A DNA stretch of 57,892 nt from an uncultured Candidatus Saccharibacteria bacterium (GCA_964565105.1 CAZMCG010000001.1:1-57892), one strand, 5' to 3'. Counted from the first letter of the stretch, positions 1-8,083 are shown. Notes: a model not told the origin generated them from the sequence alone. Numbers and translations are program-made.

Positions 1-347
1 CCCTCACCAGAGACGCCCTTGCTGAATATCAAAGAGAGAACAACATATTCCCACCTTGGGGATACTTTGGACCTATTACCAGAGAACATATTGGAAGATA
101 GAGACTCGCTATATTGTACGAACCATAACAGGACCGACCTGTTAAATATTCGCTTCCTTATTTATTATCGCAAGATAATTCAAACTCAAACTATATATAA
201 CGAGCGCTTCTTTTTTTATTGTAATTACGTTCCCTAGGCCATAACAGCACTTGATTTTTGAATTGAACTGTGCTAGGGTTCCATTCAGAGTGAGTGTTTT
301 AATTCCTGACGATGATATCGGCCAAGAATTGATCACAACTTGGTGGG

Positions 348-402
348 CCCCGCCCTCTGTGCTAATGAACGGTTTGTTGGCATAGGGGGCGGGGTTTTGT
401 TT
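348..402 (+). terminator. Terminator-like GC hairpin plus T-run upstream of pgk
   Basis: ccccgccct (348-356) pairs with agggggcgggg (384-394) and is followed by ttttgttt. The loop is large, so this could also be a leader or attenuator. Confidence 0.35.
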
Positions 403-468
403 AGGGGGTGAATTTGATGATATACTGAAACGCAAGTGCATAGGAATCTATTAATTATCACCTAGAAT

Positions 469-1542
469 ATGGAAACAATCCTTGTCAGAATAAATTTAGA
501 TATTAAAGAGCAGGATTTCCAAAATACATTAAGGTTTCATTTGGCGGCGTCTCTTATAAAATCGCTTTCAAAAAAAAATAACAAACTTGTTGTTTTAAGT
601 CATGCGGGTAGGCCTAGCGGCAGAGAAGAAAAGTTAAGCCTCCGCGCCTTTGCGGGGCCACTTGCTAGAAAAAGCGGAAAAGAAATGGTTTTTTTTCCAA
701 AGTTTGATTTTAAGGAAATCAGAGAAAATATAAAAGACGCCCCCAGTGGTTCCGTTTTTTTACTGGAAAATCTCCGCTTTTTACCCGGTGAGACAAGGGC
801 AAGTGAGAGTCTTGCAAAAAAACTTGCGAGCTTGGGTGATGAATTTATAAATAATGATTTTGCAACAGCTCACCGCAATGGAGCGTCAATAACAGCAATC
901 ACAAGATATATTCCTTCAAAAGCCGGTGAGCTTCTCAAAAATGAAATGAAAGTGCTAAGTAGAGTGACAAAAAAACCGAAACGCCCTTTTGTTCTTATCG
1001 TTGGCGGAGCGAAAATAGAGGATAAGGTAGGTGTTATAAAATACCTCCTTCCTATAGTTGACCATGTCCTTGTTGGTGGGAGAGTTGGTAACACATTTCT
1101 AAAAGCAGAGGGAGTTGATATTAACGATTCTATATATCAAAAATCAATGATTTTAAAAGCAAAACGCTTTATCAAAAGTGGTAAGATTATAATACCAACG
1201 GATAGTGTTATAGAAGATGGAAAATTTCTTGATATTGGGCCTGAAACACAAAAAGAATATATGAAAATTATAAAAACCGCAAAAACAATCATTTGGGGAG
1301 GCCCTATGGGATATTTTGAGAAAGAAAAGTTTGCGAAGGGGACGCAAGTCGTCGCAAGGGCAGTTCTCGCAAACAAAAAGGCCGACATTGTTGTAGGCGG
1401 AGCTCAAACAGTTTACGCACTCCTTGGTAGGGCAACGAGGCAAGAACGGGGGAACATATTTCTGTCAACGGGTGGCGGGGCGATGCTCAACTTTTTAGCA
1501 GGCGAAAAACTTCCGGCAATAGAAGTGTTAAAAAATAAATAG
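469..1542 (+). CDS. pgk: Phosphoglycerate kinase
   Basis: 357-aa ORF with PGK hallmarks: LENLRFLPGE, GGAKIEDKVGVI and C-terminal STGGGAML. Confidence 0.95.
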   Translation: METILVRINLDIKEQDFQNTLRFHLAASLIKSLSKKNNKLVVLSHAGRPSGREEKLSLRAFAGPLARKSGKEMVFFPKFDFKEIRENIKDAPSGSVFLLENLRFLPGETRASESLAKKLASLGDEFINNDFATAHRNGASITAITRYIPSKAGELLKNEMKVLSRVTKKPKRPFVLIVGGAKIEDKVGVIKYLLPIVDHVLVGGRVGNTFLKAEGVDINDSIYQKSMILKAKRFIKSGKIIIPTDSVIEDGKFLDIGPETQKEYMKIIKTAKTIIWGGPMGYFEKEKFAKGTQVVARAVLANKKADIVVGGAQTVYALLGRATRQERGNIFLSTGGGAMLNFLAGEKLPAIEVLKNK

Positions 1543-1576
1543 CTATTTAAAAGCTTCTTTTTTATTTTATAAGACT

Positions 1577-2452
1577 ATGACAAAAGAAAATATAATCTTA
1601 TATCACGCAAATTGTTCGGATGGATTTGGGGGGGCGTGGGTAGCTCATAAAAAATTTGAAGATGAAGCTGATTATATTGGAATAACCCACCAGGACAGCC
1701 CACCTGAAAATTTAGGTGGTAAGAGTGTCTATATGATAGATATTGTTTTTGATAAAAGGAATATAGATAAACTTCTCAAAGAAGTAAAATCTCTTGTTGT
1801 TATAGATCATCATATAACTATGGAAGATGTGGTAAAAAGTGTGCCGAACCACGTATATGCGGTGGAAAATTCAGGAGCAGTTTTAGCGTGGAAATATTTT
1901 TTCCCAGATAAAAAGGTTCCACTTTTTCTAGAGTATATAGAAGATGGTGATTTATGGAATTTTGACTTACCTCGCTCAGAGGATTTTTATTCGTTTATAC
2001 CCACAATTCCGTTTGAATTTGATAAATGGGACAAATTAGCGGAAGAATTTGAGAATGAGAGTAAGCGTAAATTGTTTTTAGATTATGGGAAAAGTATACG
2101 CGATCAGCAAGATAAAATGATCGAAGAGCTATTAGAAGAGGCAGAAGAGGTTATTTTTGAAAACTATTCTGCGCTTGCCTTGAGCTCTGTCGCGCTACAA
2201 TCTAAACTTGGAAACGCAATAATTACAAAAGGATATGATATAGGAATAATATGGAATAACCTGGATGACGATGTTATAAAAGTATCTTTAAGGTCAAATA
2301 AAAACGGTAATGTTGATGTTGGGGCGATAGCTAAAAAATATGGGGGTGGTGGGCACCAATCTGCTGCGGGCTTTGTGTTGGGGCAATCAGAGGAATTTCC
2401 GTGGCAGGCAACACAAGTAAAAAGTAAAAATGAAAAAGGTAAAAGTAAGTGA
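1577..2452 (+). CDS. DHH/DHHA1-family phosphoesterase (NrnA-like)
   Basis: 291-aa ORF with the VVIDHH (DHH) motif and GGGGHQSAAGF (DHHA1) motif. Confidence 0.85.
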   Translation: MTKENIILYHANCSDGFGGAWVAHKKFEDEADYIGITHQDSPPENLGGKSVYMIDIVFDKRNIDKLLKEVKSLVVIDHHITMEDVVKSVPNHVYAVENSGAVLAWKYFFPDKKVPLFLEYIEDGDLWNFDLPRSEDFYSFIPTIPFEFDKWDKLAEEFENESKRKLFLDYGKSIRDQQDKMIEELLEEAEEVIFENYSALALSSVALQSKLGNAIITKGYDIGIIWNNLDDDVIKVSLRSNKNGNVDVGAIAKKYGGGGHQSAAGFVLGQSEEFPWQATQVKSKNEKGKSK

Positions 2453-2485
2453 GTGCTATGAACTCAGTGAATAGATATACGAATC

Positions 2486-2525
2486 CACCGAGCACTCAAT
2501 GTTTTGAGTGCTCGGTGCTCATAAT
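2486..2525 (+). terminator. Intrinsic terminator candidate after the DHH gene
   Basis: Perfect 14-bp stem caccgagcactcaa (2486-2499) / ttgagtgctcggtg (2504-2517) with loop tgtt, followed by a ctcataatttt tail. Confidence 0.55.
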
Positions 2526-2553
2526 TTTGGCTAAAAATAAATTTTAGAAAATC

Positions 2554-2904
2554 ATGGCAAATGAACTACAAGCACGAATATATACCTGGGTACTTAACCT
2601 AGTAAACTTTATCGACAGTTTATCTAAAGATTCCAGCGCAAGGATTATGGCCAACCAGTTATTAAGAAGTGGGACGAGTGTCGGGGCAAATTATGTTGAA
2701 TCTCAGGCTGGATCATCGAGGAAAGATTTCGCAAATTTTCTTCACATATCACTTAAATCTGCAAACGAGAGTAAATATTAGCTTAAACTTTTGCGAGATA
2801 CCGAGAAAGGAGACAAGAAAATTATTGAAGAACTATTGGGAGAGCTGGAAGAAATTAGCAAGATATTAGCTTCAAGTATAATTACAACAAAGAGTAAAAA
2901 ATAA
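2554..2904 (+). pseudogene. Four-helix-bundle protein (23S rRNA intervening-sequence protein family) interrupted by an in-frame TAG
   Basis: The ORF reads ...QLLRSGTSVGANYVESQ...SLKSANESKY then TAG (2779-2781). It continues in frame as LKLLRDTEKG...SKK to TAA at 2902-2904. The TAG sits where this family has a conserved Trp (E-x-x-Y-W-L-x-LL). Confidence 0.7.
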
Positions 2905-2977
2905 TTTTTACTTTTTCGTTTTAACTTTTATCTTAGTTTTTACTTCTCCATTTTGACTTTTGCCTTATAATAAACTT

Positions 2978-3382
2978 ATGCTTAAGTTTATTATCTATAC
3001 AGATGGCGGTTCACGCGGTAACCCTGGTCCGTCGGCAATTGGTGCTGTTGTCGGACATAAGGAGTACGGAGAGCAAATCGGGCATGCCACGAACAATGTT
3101 GCCGAATACAAGGCAGTAGTTCTTGCTTTAAAAAAAGCAAAACAACTTTTGACTAAAAAGGTTGCCAAAGAAACTAATGTAGAGCTCCGCACTGACAGCG
3201 AGCTTTTGGTAAAACAATTAAACGGTGAATACAAAATCAAGGACGCCGACCTCCAACCGCTATTTCTGGAAGTCTGGAACCTTAGGATTGATTTCAAAAG
3301 CGTGACCTTCAAGCATATCACCCGCGACAAAAACAAAAAGGCGGACTCTCTAGTAAACAAGGCTCTTAACACTCTTTTATAA
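2978..3382 (+). CDS. rnhA: Ribonuclease HI
   Basis: Contains YTDGGSRGNPGPSAIGAV, NNVAEYKA and a C-terminal DKNKKADSLVN. The ATG at 2978 is preferred over the TTG at 2960. Confidence 0.9.
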   Translation: MLKFIIYTDGGSRGNPGPSAIGAVVGHKEYGEQIGHATNNVAEYKAVVLALKKAKQLLTKKVAKETNVELRTDSELLVKQLNGEYKIKDADLQPLFLEVWNLRIDFKSVTFKHITRDKNKKADSLVNKALNTLL

Positions 3383-3475
3383 GAGTCGCAGTCTCTATCT
3401 AAAAAGGTGGATCGGATGTTGAATACGCTAGTTTAAATAAAAAAATTACCTGACAATAGTCAAGCAACTTTTTTA

Positions 3476-4165
3476 GAAGGCAATTCATAAGCCGGATTCT
3501 GTTCCGATTTTGTCCGAAGTAATGAGGATACAAAATCGAGAACCCTTCCATAGCTCGTTAGAGCGACGGAGGGTATCTGCCCCACTTCGCCAAAGGCTTC
3601 GCGGGACGCTCAATTTTGTTACCACTCGTAAACTCGTGAACAAAATTGGCGATAGTAATTTATCTGGGCCTTTGATTACTCGCAGGCTCTGTGCGGCACT
3701 CCTCTCCGCCAAAGGCGGAGGGTACGGCCTTGCACCCAAGTAAGGATTTAGCCGTTTCATCCTGGCCTTATTACCCCTATAGCCAGGTAAAGCCATCAAC
3801 GTTGGGATAGGGCTCCCTACTTCCTTTCGGAACTAGGCGTTACTGTTCGCACCTCTATACTTTCGCACGACGGGTGTTACCTCCTAAATCTTTGCTTACG
3901 CAAAAATCGGACCCGACTTCTGTAAACAGAAGTTTAGGGCGCTACCATTGCCAATGCTCCGCATTGGAATTTCGAAGCTTTAGTTTCTAATTTCAAATAA
4001 GCTTTATCGAAACTCGAATTTCAAAATTCGTCATTCCAGTGCGAAGTACTGGCTGGGTGTCCGGACTTTCCTCTCTGTCTGTAAATTGTGTCTCCGGGTA
4101 TAAAGAACAGTCGCAAACTGCGAACTTGGAGAACAAAAGACAGAGCTACTACCTGAATTACCTCC
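3476..4165 (-). ncRNA. rnpB: RNase P RNA (bacterial type), unusually long at about 690 nt
   Basis: On the minus strand: GAGGAAAGUCCGG (4061-4073), ACAGAAUCCGGCUUAU (3487-3502) and AGUGCCGCACAGAG (3687-3700). P1 pairs GGAGGUAAUUC (4155-4165) with GAAUUGCCUUC (3476-3486). There are many GNRA/UUCG-type hairpins and no credible ORF. Confidence 0.85.
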
Positions 4166-4171
4166 AGCGAT

Positions 4172-4200
4172 TTTATACCACAAGATAAGGACGATTTCAA
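4172..4200 (-). promoter_or_regulatory. Sigma70-like promoter for rnpB
   Basis: On the minus strand: TTGAAA (4195-4200), 17 nt, TATAAA (4172-4177), placed 6 nt upstream of the inferred P1 5' end. Confidence 0.55.
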
Positions 4201-4258
4201 CCTTATGTACTGGTTTTTGTTTATATGTAGCAGAGGTGTCGGAGTTCAGTACTTGCAC

Positions 4259-4390
4259 AAACCAACCAATTTAATAATCACGGGCGTGATTGATGGTGTT
4301 TTGATAAATCCGAAGGGAGAGCTCTATGTTGTGGATTACAAAACAACTTCAAAAAACAACGAGGTGTTTTTAGACGCGGATAAGTCGCAC
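4259..4390 (+). pseudogene. Remnant of a PD-(D/E)XK (RecB/Cas4-like) nuclease, central fragment only
   Basis: The peptide KPTNLIITGVIDGVLINPKGELYVVDYKTTSKNNEVFLDADKSH carries the D...(D/E)xK core. There is no N-terminal part (rnpB promoter lies upstream) and no C-terminal QxxxY part (it runs into the convergent methyltransferase gene). Confidence 0.45.
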
Positions 4391-4391
4391 T

Positions 4392-5141
4392 CTATCTTAA
4401 CGCCCCTGGGCGCTTGGAGCTCCAATCAAAAAGCGTTACGGCGAGCGACGCCGCTACATTTAACGATTCAAGTTGTGAGTGCGTTGGTATTGCAAGCAAC
4501 TCATCACAAAGCTCTCTGGTTTTTTGTCGAATCCCCTTGGCCTCGTTTCCTATTATAAAAACCGACGGTTCATCATACGATTCCTCATTGATTGTTTTCA
4601 CTGCTTCTCCGTCCAACCCATAAATGCGGAATCCTTTATCTTTTAAATCACGGATGGTCATGTTTACATTTGGTATTTCCACAATTGGCACACGAAATGC
4701 CATCCCCGCAGAAACTTTCACAACAGCACCCGTAACGGGGGATTGGTTGTGCCTTGGCATCAATACTCCCGATGCGCCAAATCCTGCGGACGAACGGATT
4801 ATCGCGCCGACATTGTGCGGATCTTCTATCTCACCTAAAAGTACCAATGCGTTGTCGGGACCAATTTCTAACTTGCGGATAAAGTCATCATACTGCAGTA
4901 CTAATTTATCTAAAGAAATTCTTCCAATTACCCCCTGATGCACATCAGAATTTTTTACCCCCTGAGTGTTTTTACCGGAGCCAAGGGGGGACAAAGAAAC
5001 ATTTGCGTTATCAATTGCCTCACGCAAGTTTTTGTCTTTATTATTCTTGGCAAGAAAAACCTTATCTACAGCATACGGAGCGTTAAGAAGCGCTTCCATA
5101 AGTGCGTGCCTCCCATAAATAAATATCTTATTTTGTTTCAT
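4392..5141 (-). CDS. TrmH/SpoU-family RNA 2'-O-methyltransferase (RlmB-like)
   Basis: Contains IEDPHNVGAIIRSSAGFG, IIGNEAKGI and SLNVAASLAVTLF motifs. GGAGG lies 6 nt upstream of the ATG at 5141. Confidence 0.85.
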   Translation of the reverse strand: MKQNKIFIYGRHALMEALLNAPYAVDKVFLAKNNKDKNLREAIDNANVSLSPLGSGKNTQGVKNSDVHQGVIGRISLDKLVLQYDDFIRKLEIGPDNALVLLGEIEDPHNVGAIIRSSAGFGASGVLMPRHNQSPVTGAVVKVSAGMAFRVPIVEIPNVNMTIRDLKDKGFRIYGLDGEAVKTINEESYDEPSVFIIGNEAKGIRQKTRELCDELLAIPTHSQLESLNVAASLAVTLFDWSSKRPGALR

Positions 5142-5236
5142 AGCTTCACCTCCAAACATAACAAAAAACACCCCCCATCGTAAAGATAAGGTTGAAAAAG
5201 TCAGTGAATTGTTGCAGTTTAGATAATATACTTAAG

Positions 5237-5307
5237 TGCCGGATCATCTAATGGTAGGATGCGAGATTCTGGATCTCGTCGTCTAGGTTCGAATCCTAGT
5301 CCGGCAA
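5237..5307 (+). tRNA. tRNA-Gln (anticodon CUG)
   Basis: Hand-folded cloverleaf: acceptor tgccgga/tccggca, anticodon stem cgaga/tctcg with loop ttCTGga, T-arm ctagg-ttcgaat-cctag. CCA is not encoded. Confidence 0.9.
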
Positions 5308-5556
5308 CATTCATTCATACTTTCTTCCGAGAGACAGCTATTTCGATAGTAGGAGTTACTAGTCGTATTGTTATACGGAAAATATAAAACTCATTACATT
5401 CAAACACTTATATTTTCCTACAATACTCCTGCAACTCAGGATACTCTCTCCATAAGTCTCTCAAGAAGAAAATATTCATTCTTATTATTACTTAATGCTA
5501 CCTGCCATCTAAAAGATGGCGGGTTTCCAGGGTTTTTAGGGATTTGAACGGGAAGG
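5301..5556 (+). repeat. Direct repeat copy 1 (AT-rich module following tRNA-Gln)
   Basis: Aligns with 7739-8083 starting from the shared junction ccggcaac|attcattcatac. Identity is roughly 85-90% by eye. It ends in the hairpin ctgccatct-aaa-agatggcggg. Confidence 0.85.
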
Positions 5557-5726
5557 AAATCTTTCCTCTGCATGAAGCTGCGGGCGGGCAGGTGGGGAAA
5601 CGGCCCGCTCCGCCATAGCTTTAGCGAGGCGAGTAGTTTTCCATGGCGGAGTGCACGAACCGATGGGTTCGTGGGGGCAATCTACTGTATAACGGATTGC
5701 GACGTTCGATTACCTAGCCTGGTAAC
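5537..5726 (+). repeat. GC-rich structured element E1 (tRNA-Gln-end-bounded family)
   Basis: The 5' end tagggatttgaacg (5537-5550) is near-complementary (12 of 14) to the 3' end cgttcgattaccta (5703-5716). It contains the conserved core atggcggag-tg-cacgaacc-gatg-ggttcgtg (5643-5673) and ends in cctagcctggtaac, which resembles a tRNA-Gln 3' end. Confidence 0.6.
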
Positions 5727-6079
5727 ACAAGTGAAGCGAGTATTGATGACTTGTGCCTTTCAGTAGTCTCCTGACCCCCCGAAGCCCTTGGCGAAGGGCG
5801 TAAGTTATTGGCCTGTGGTTTTCACGGATAAATGTACATTTATATATTAGGTAGTAGATAGGAGAATGCATTGGTGGGGGAATTTTCCTTGGCTCCCGTA
5901 ATAGCTATTATTTTTACTATCATTGGATACGATGGATATATATTTTACTGCAACACCGCGCTTTCGCTGATAGGGTAAGAAAATATTTTTGATACCCTCT
6001 CTTTTTTCCGAGGATGGCAAGGTTGGAGTCGGTGCCGATGATATGATAAAATGATAAAGATGAACCCAAAAATATTTCG

Positions 6080-6427
6080 ATGAGAAGTCTACGCACGAAA
6101 GAAACACAAAAAAAATATGACGATTACAAAAAATCTGGGGGAATTAGCGGTGAATGCAACTTATGCAAATCAGAACCAATAAAATCGTTCGGGCGCTGGA
6201 GAATCATAGATAACGATTTCCCGTACGACAGAATCGCAGACACTCATCACATGATTATCCCAAATCGCCACATTACTGAAGACGATATTACAGATGAAGA
6301 ATGGGAGGAATTTAAGAAGATGAAAAAGGGCTATATAAACGACAACTATAATTTCATTTTCGAGAACACAATAAAAACAAAAACAATCCCAAAACATTTC
6401 CATATTCAATTAATGGTAGTTAAATAA
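6080..6427 (+). CDS. HIT-superfamily protein (HxHxQ branch)
   Basis: 115-aa ORF with an N-terminal CNLC, FPYD...HHMIIPNRH and a C-terminal HFHIQLMV triad-like motif. Confidence 0.7.
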   Translation: MRSLRTKETQKKYDDYKKSGGISGECNLCKSEPIKSFGRWRIIDNDFPYDRIADTHHMIIPNRHITEDDITDEEWEEFKKMKKGYINDNYNFIFENTIKTKTIPKHFHIQLMVVK

Positions 6428-6790
6428 TAAATATTATGACACTCCGAAAAATCGGACATAGCTCTTTCTTTTTGTTTTTAACGAGCTATTTTATTGAACA
6501 AAAAACCCCGACTTTCGTTTAGCCGAGACTTTTCTAATACCTAAAGAGTGTTTGCTTACATTAGAAAGTTAAAATTGCCACGACTAAACAAAGGGTTATC
6601 GTTCGCACCTCGCGAAATGATAAAGCCAATCGACCCTAGCTTTATCCAGTTGTAGCTGTCTCCGAGGAGAAATCAAACAACAATGCAGTATAATTATAAA
6701 TACATAGGCGCTATTCGCATAAAACAAGGGTTGAGATATAAAAATGTTTAGAGCCCGCAAACGAAACGGGCTCTGTGGTTGGGGGAGGTA

Positions 6791-6973
6791 CTACGCGTTA
6801 CGCGTACGGCGCCCAATGGGTTTTCCCTCACCGGGGATGAGCCTAATGGCTTCATCTAGGTATCTCAAGATCCAGTCCGGCGTTAGGGTGGTGTTGCTGA
6901 GCAGGTAGCGGAGTTCGAGGAGGTTGTCCCGCGCCTCCTGAAGATCTCCTTGTGTTATCTGTGTTGTAGTCAT
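6791..6973 (-). CDS. Hypothetical small protein (GC-rich orphan)
   Basis: 60-aa ORF immediately downstream of 7016-7291 on the same strand. GC is visibly higher than in neighbouring genes. The hairpin agagcccg/cgggctct follows it. Confidence 0.5.
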   Translation of the reverse strand: MTTTQITQGDLQEARDNLLELRYLLSNTTLTPDWILRYLDEAIRLIPGEGKPIGRRTRNA

Positions 6974-7015
6974 TTGTCATTCCTTTTCTCGGTGGACTCT
7001 GGGTCAGTGGAACGC

Positions 7016-7291
7016 TTACACTGTAGTTATGGCCCTGATTTCTTCCAGTTCTTTGCGTCCCTCATTGGTGACAAAAAGCTTTAGGGTTACAGGCGCCACC
7101 TTGATGGCGTTGTTATTTATACGGGAGAGTTCAAGTTTAAGAGCGCGCTCACTAAACCACCAGCCATAACTAGAGTTCGCGATGGCCGTATAGAGTTCAC
7201 TTGCTGTGTACTTACCATAGCCAACATGCTCTAGGAGCACTCTGCGAATTTCGCGACGGACACTGTCTGGGGGATAAATTCCAGGGGGCAT
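7016..7291 (-). CDS. Hypothetical small protein (GC-rich orphan)
   Basis: A strong SD (AAGGAGG) lies 5 nt upstream of the ATG at 7291, which starts MPPGIYPPDSVRR. This start is preferred over the longer TTG start at 7339. Confidence 0.6.
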   Translation of the reverse strand: MPPGIYPPDSVRREIRRVLLEHVGYGKYTASELYTAIANSSYGWWFSERALKLELSRINNNAIKVAPVTLKLFVTNEGRKELEEIRAITTV

Positions 7292-7496
7292 ACCTACCTC
7301 CTTGGGGTAATTGTTAGGGTGCGTACGCTTCTTTACCAAAACATACCAGACTTTATGCTAGAGTGGAAGGTAGGGTTGATGAGAAACTCCCCGAATGTAT
7401 ATAATATAAGTTAGTGTTGGGTGGCGCTTTGTTTGCCCGGCTATTATTCGGAGGAAATGCTTATATTCTATTGCGCAATCATTTCATTCCTCATTC

Positions 7497-7567
7497 TGCC
7501 GGGTGGTGTAACGGTAGCACGCTAGGTTTTGATCCTAGAAATCGGGGTTCGATTCCCTGCCCGGCAA
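7497..7567 (+). tRNA. tRNA-Gln (anticodon UUG)
   Basis: Acceptor tgccggg/cccggca, anticodon stem ctagg/cctag with loop ttTTGat, T-arm cgggg-ttcgatt-ccctg. Confidence 0.9.
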
Positions 7568-7576
7568 CAAAAATGG

Positions 7577-7609
7577 AGTAGTCGTTTTTCTGACGGCTAC
7601 TTTGTTTTT
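7577..7609 (+). terminator. Intrinsic terminator of tRNA-Gln(UUG)
   Basis: Stem agtagtcg (7577-7584) / cggctact (7594-7601) followed by ttgttttt. Confidence 0.7.
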
Positions 7610-7610
7610 G

Positions 7611-7746
7611 TGGCAGGGAATCGAACGCGAAAGGGGTCGGGAAAACAGCTGTTTTCCTGTGGCGGAGCGCACGAACCGAGGGGTTCGTGAAAGTCCCGAA
7701 CTAGTTGAGGGACGAGTGAGATAGCGAAGCGTCCCTGCCCGGCAAC
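7611..7746 (+). repeat. GC-rich structured element E2
   Basis: Starts with ggcagggaatcgaac (7612-7626), the exact reverse complement of the tRNA T-arm/acceptor at 7547-7561. Contains hairpins ggaaaacagctgttttcc and cacgaacc-gagg-ggttcgtg (7670-7689). Ends in tccctgcccggcaac (7732-7746), identical to the tRNA 3' end at 7554-7568. Confidence 0.65.
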
Positions 7747-8083
7747 ATTCATTCATACTTTCTTTCGAGAAACGACTATTTCTATAGTAAAAGCTACTAG
7801 TCGTATTGCTATACGGAAAATATAAAACTCATTACATTCAAACACTTATATTCTCCTACATCAACGAGTGAGAAAAAATGAAGATATAAATATCTTCATT
7901 TTATCCGAACGAGGAAGATGCAAGAAATTGTTTTACAATTTTGCCACAATACTCCTGTACCTTTATTATACTATCTCCATAAGTCTCTCGATAAGAAAAT
8001 ATTCACTCATATTATTACTAAGTGTTACCCGCCATCTAAAAGATGGCGGGTTCCCGGGATTTGTAGGGAATCGAACGGGAAGG
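7739..8083 (+). repeat. Direct repeat copy 2 (AT-rich module)
   Basis: Aligns with 5301-5556 and carries an extra 87-nt insertion at 7861-7947. Confidence 0.85.
7872..7903. terminator. Bidirectional terminator-like hairpin inside the copy-2-specific insertion
   Basis: aaaaa-atgaagata-taaa-tatcttcat-tttt: a perfect 9-bp stem flanked by an A-run and a T-run. Confidence 0.5.

Noticed and set aside
19-441. ORFs 19-237(+) and 142-441(-) at the left edge of the window.
   Set aside because: They have no RBS, implausible composition and mutual overlap. The region more likely holds a truncated upstream feature plus the terminator-like hairpin at 348-402. There is not enough sequence to call anything.
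2779-2781. The in-frame TAG, considered as evidence of stop-codon reassignment.
   Set aside because: This is a single instance. TAG terminates conserved genes in this same window (pgk at 1540-1542, the DEAD-box helicase at 12247-12249, rplU at 44063-44065). TGA and TAA also behave as stops, so code 11 fits.
3485-4258. ORF-track entries 3485-3799(-), 3510-3743(+) and 4031-4258(-), considered as possible genes.
   Set aside because: They lie entirely inside the RNase P RNA gene or its promoter, have no RBS, and their length reflects GC-rich structured RNA.
8028-8050. The hairpin cccgccatct-aaa-agatggcggg (also at 5510-5523), considered as an intrinsic terminator.
   Set aside because: There is no U-run on either strand. 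It is conserved as part of the duplicated module, so it is treated as a structural part of the repeat.
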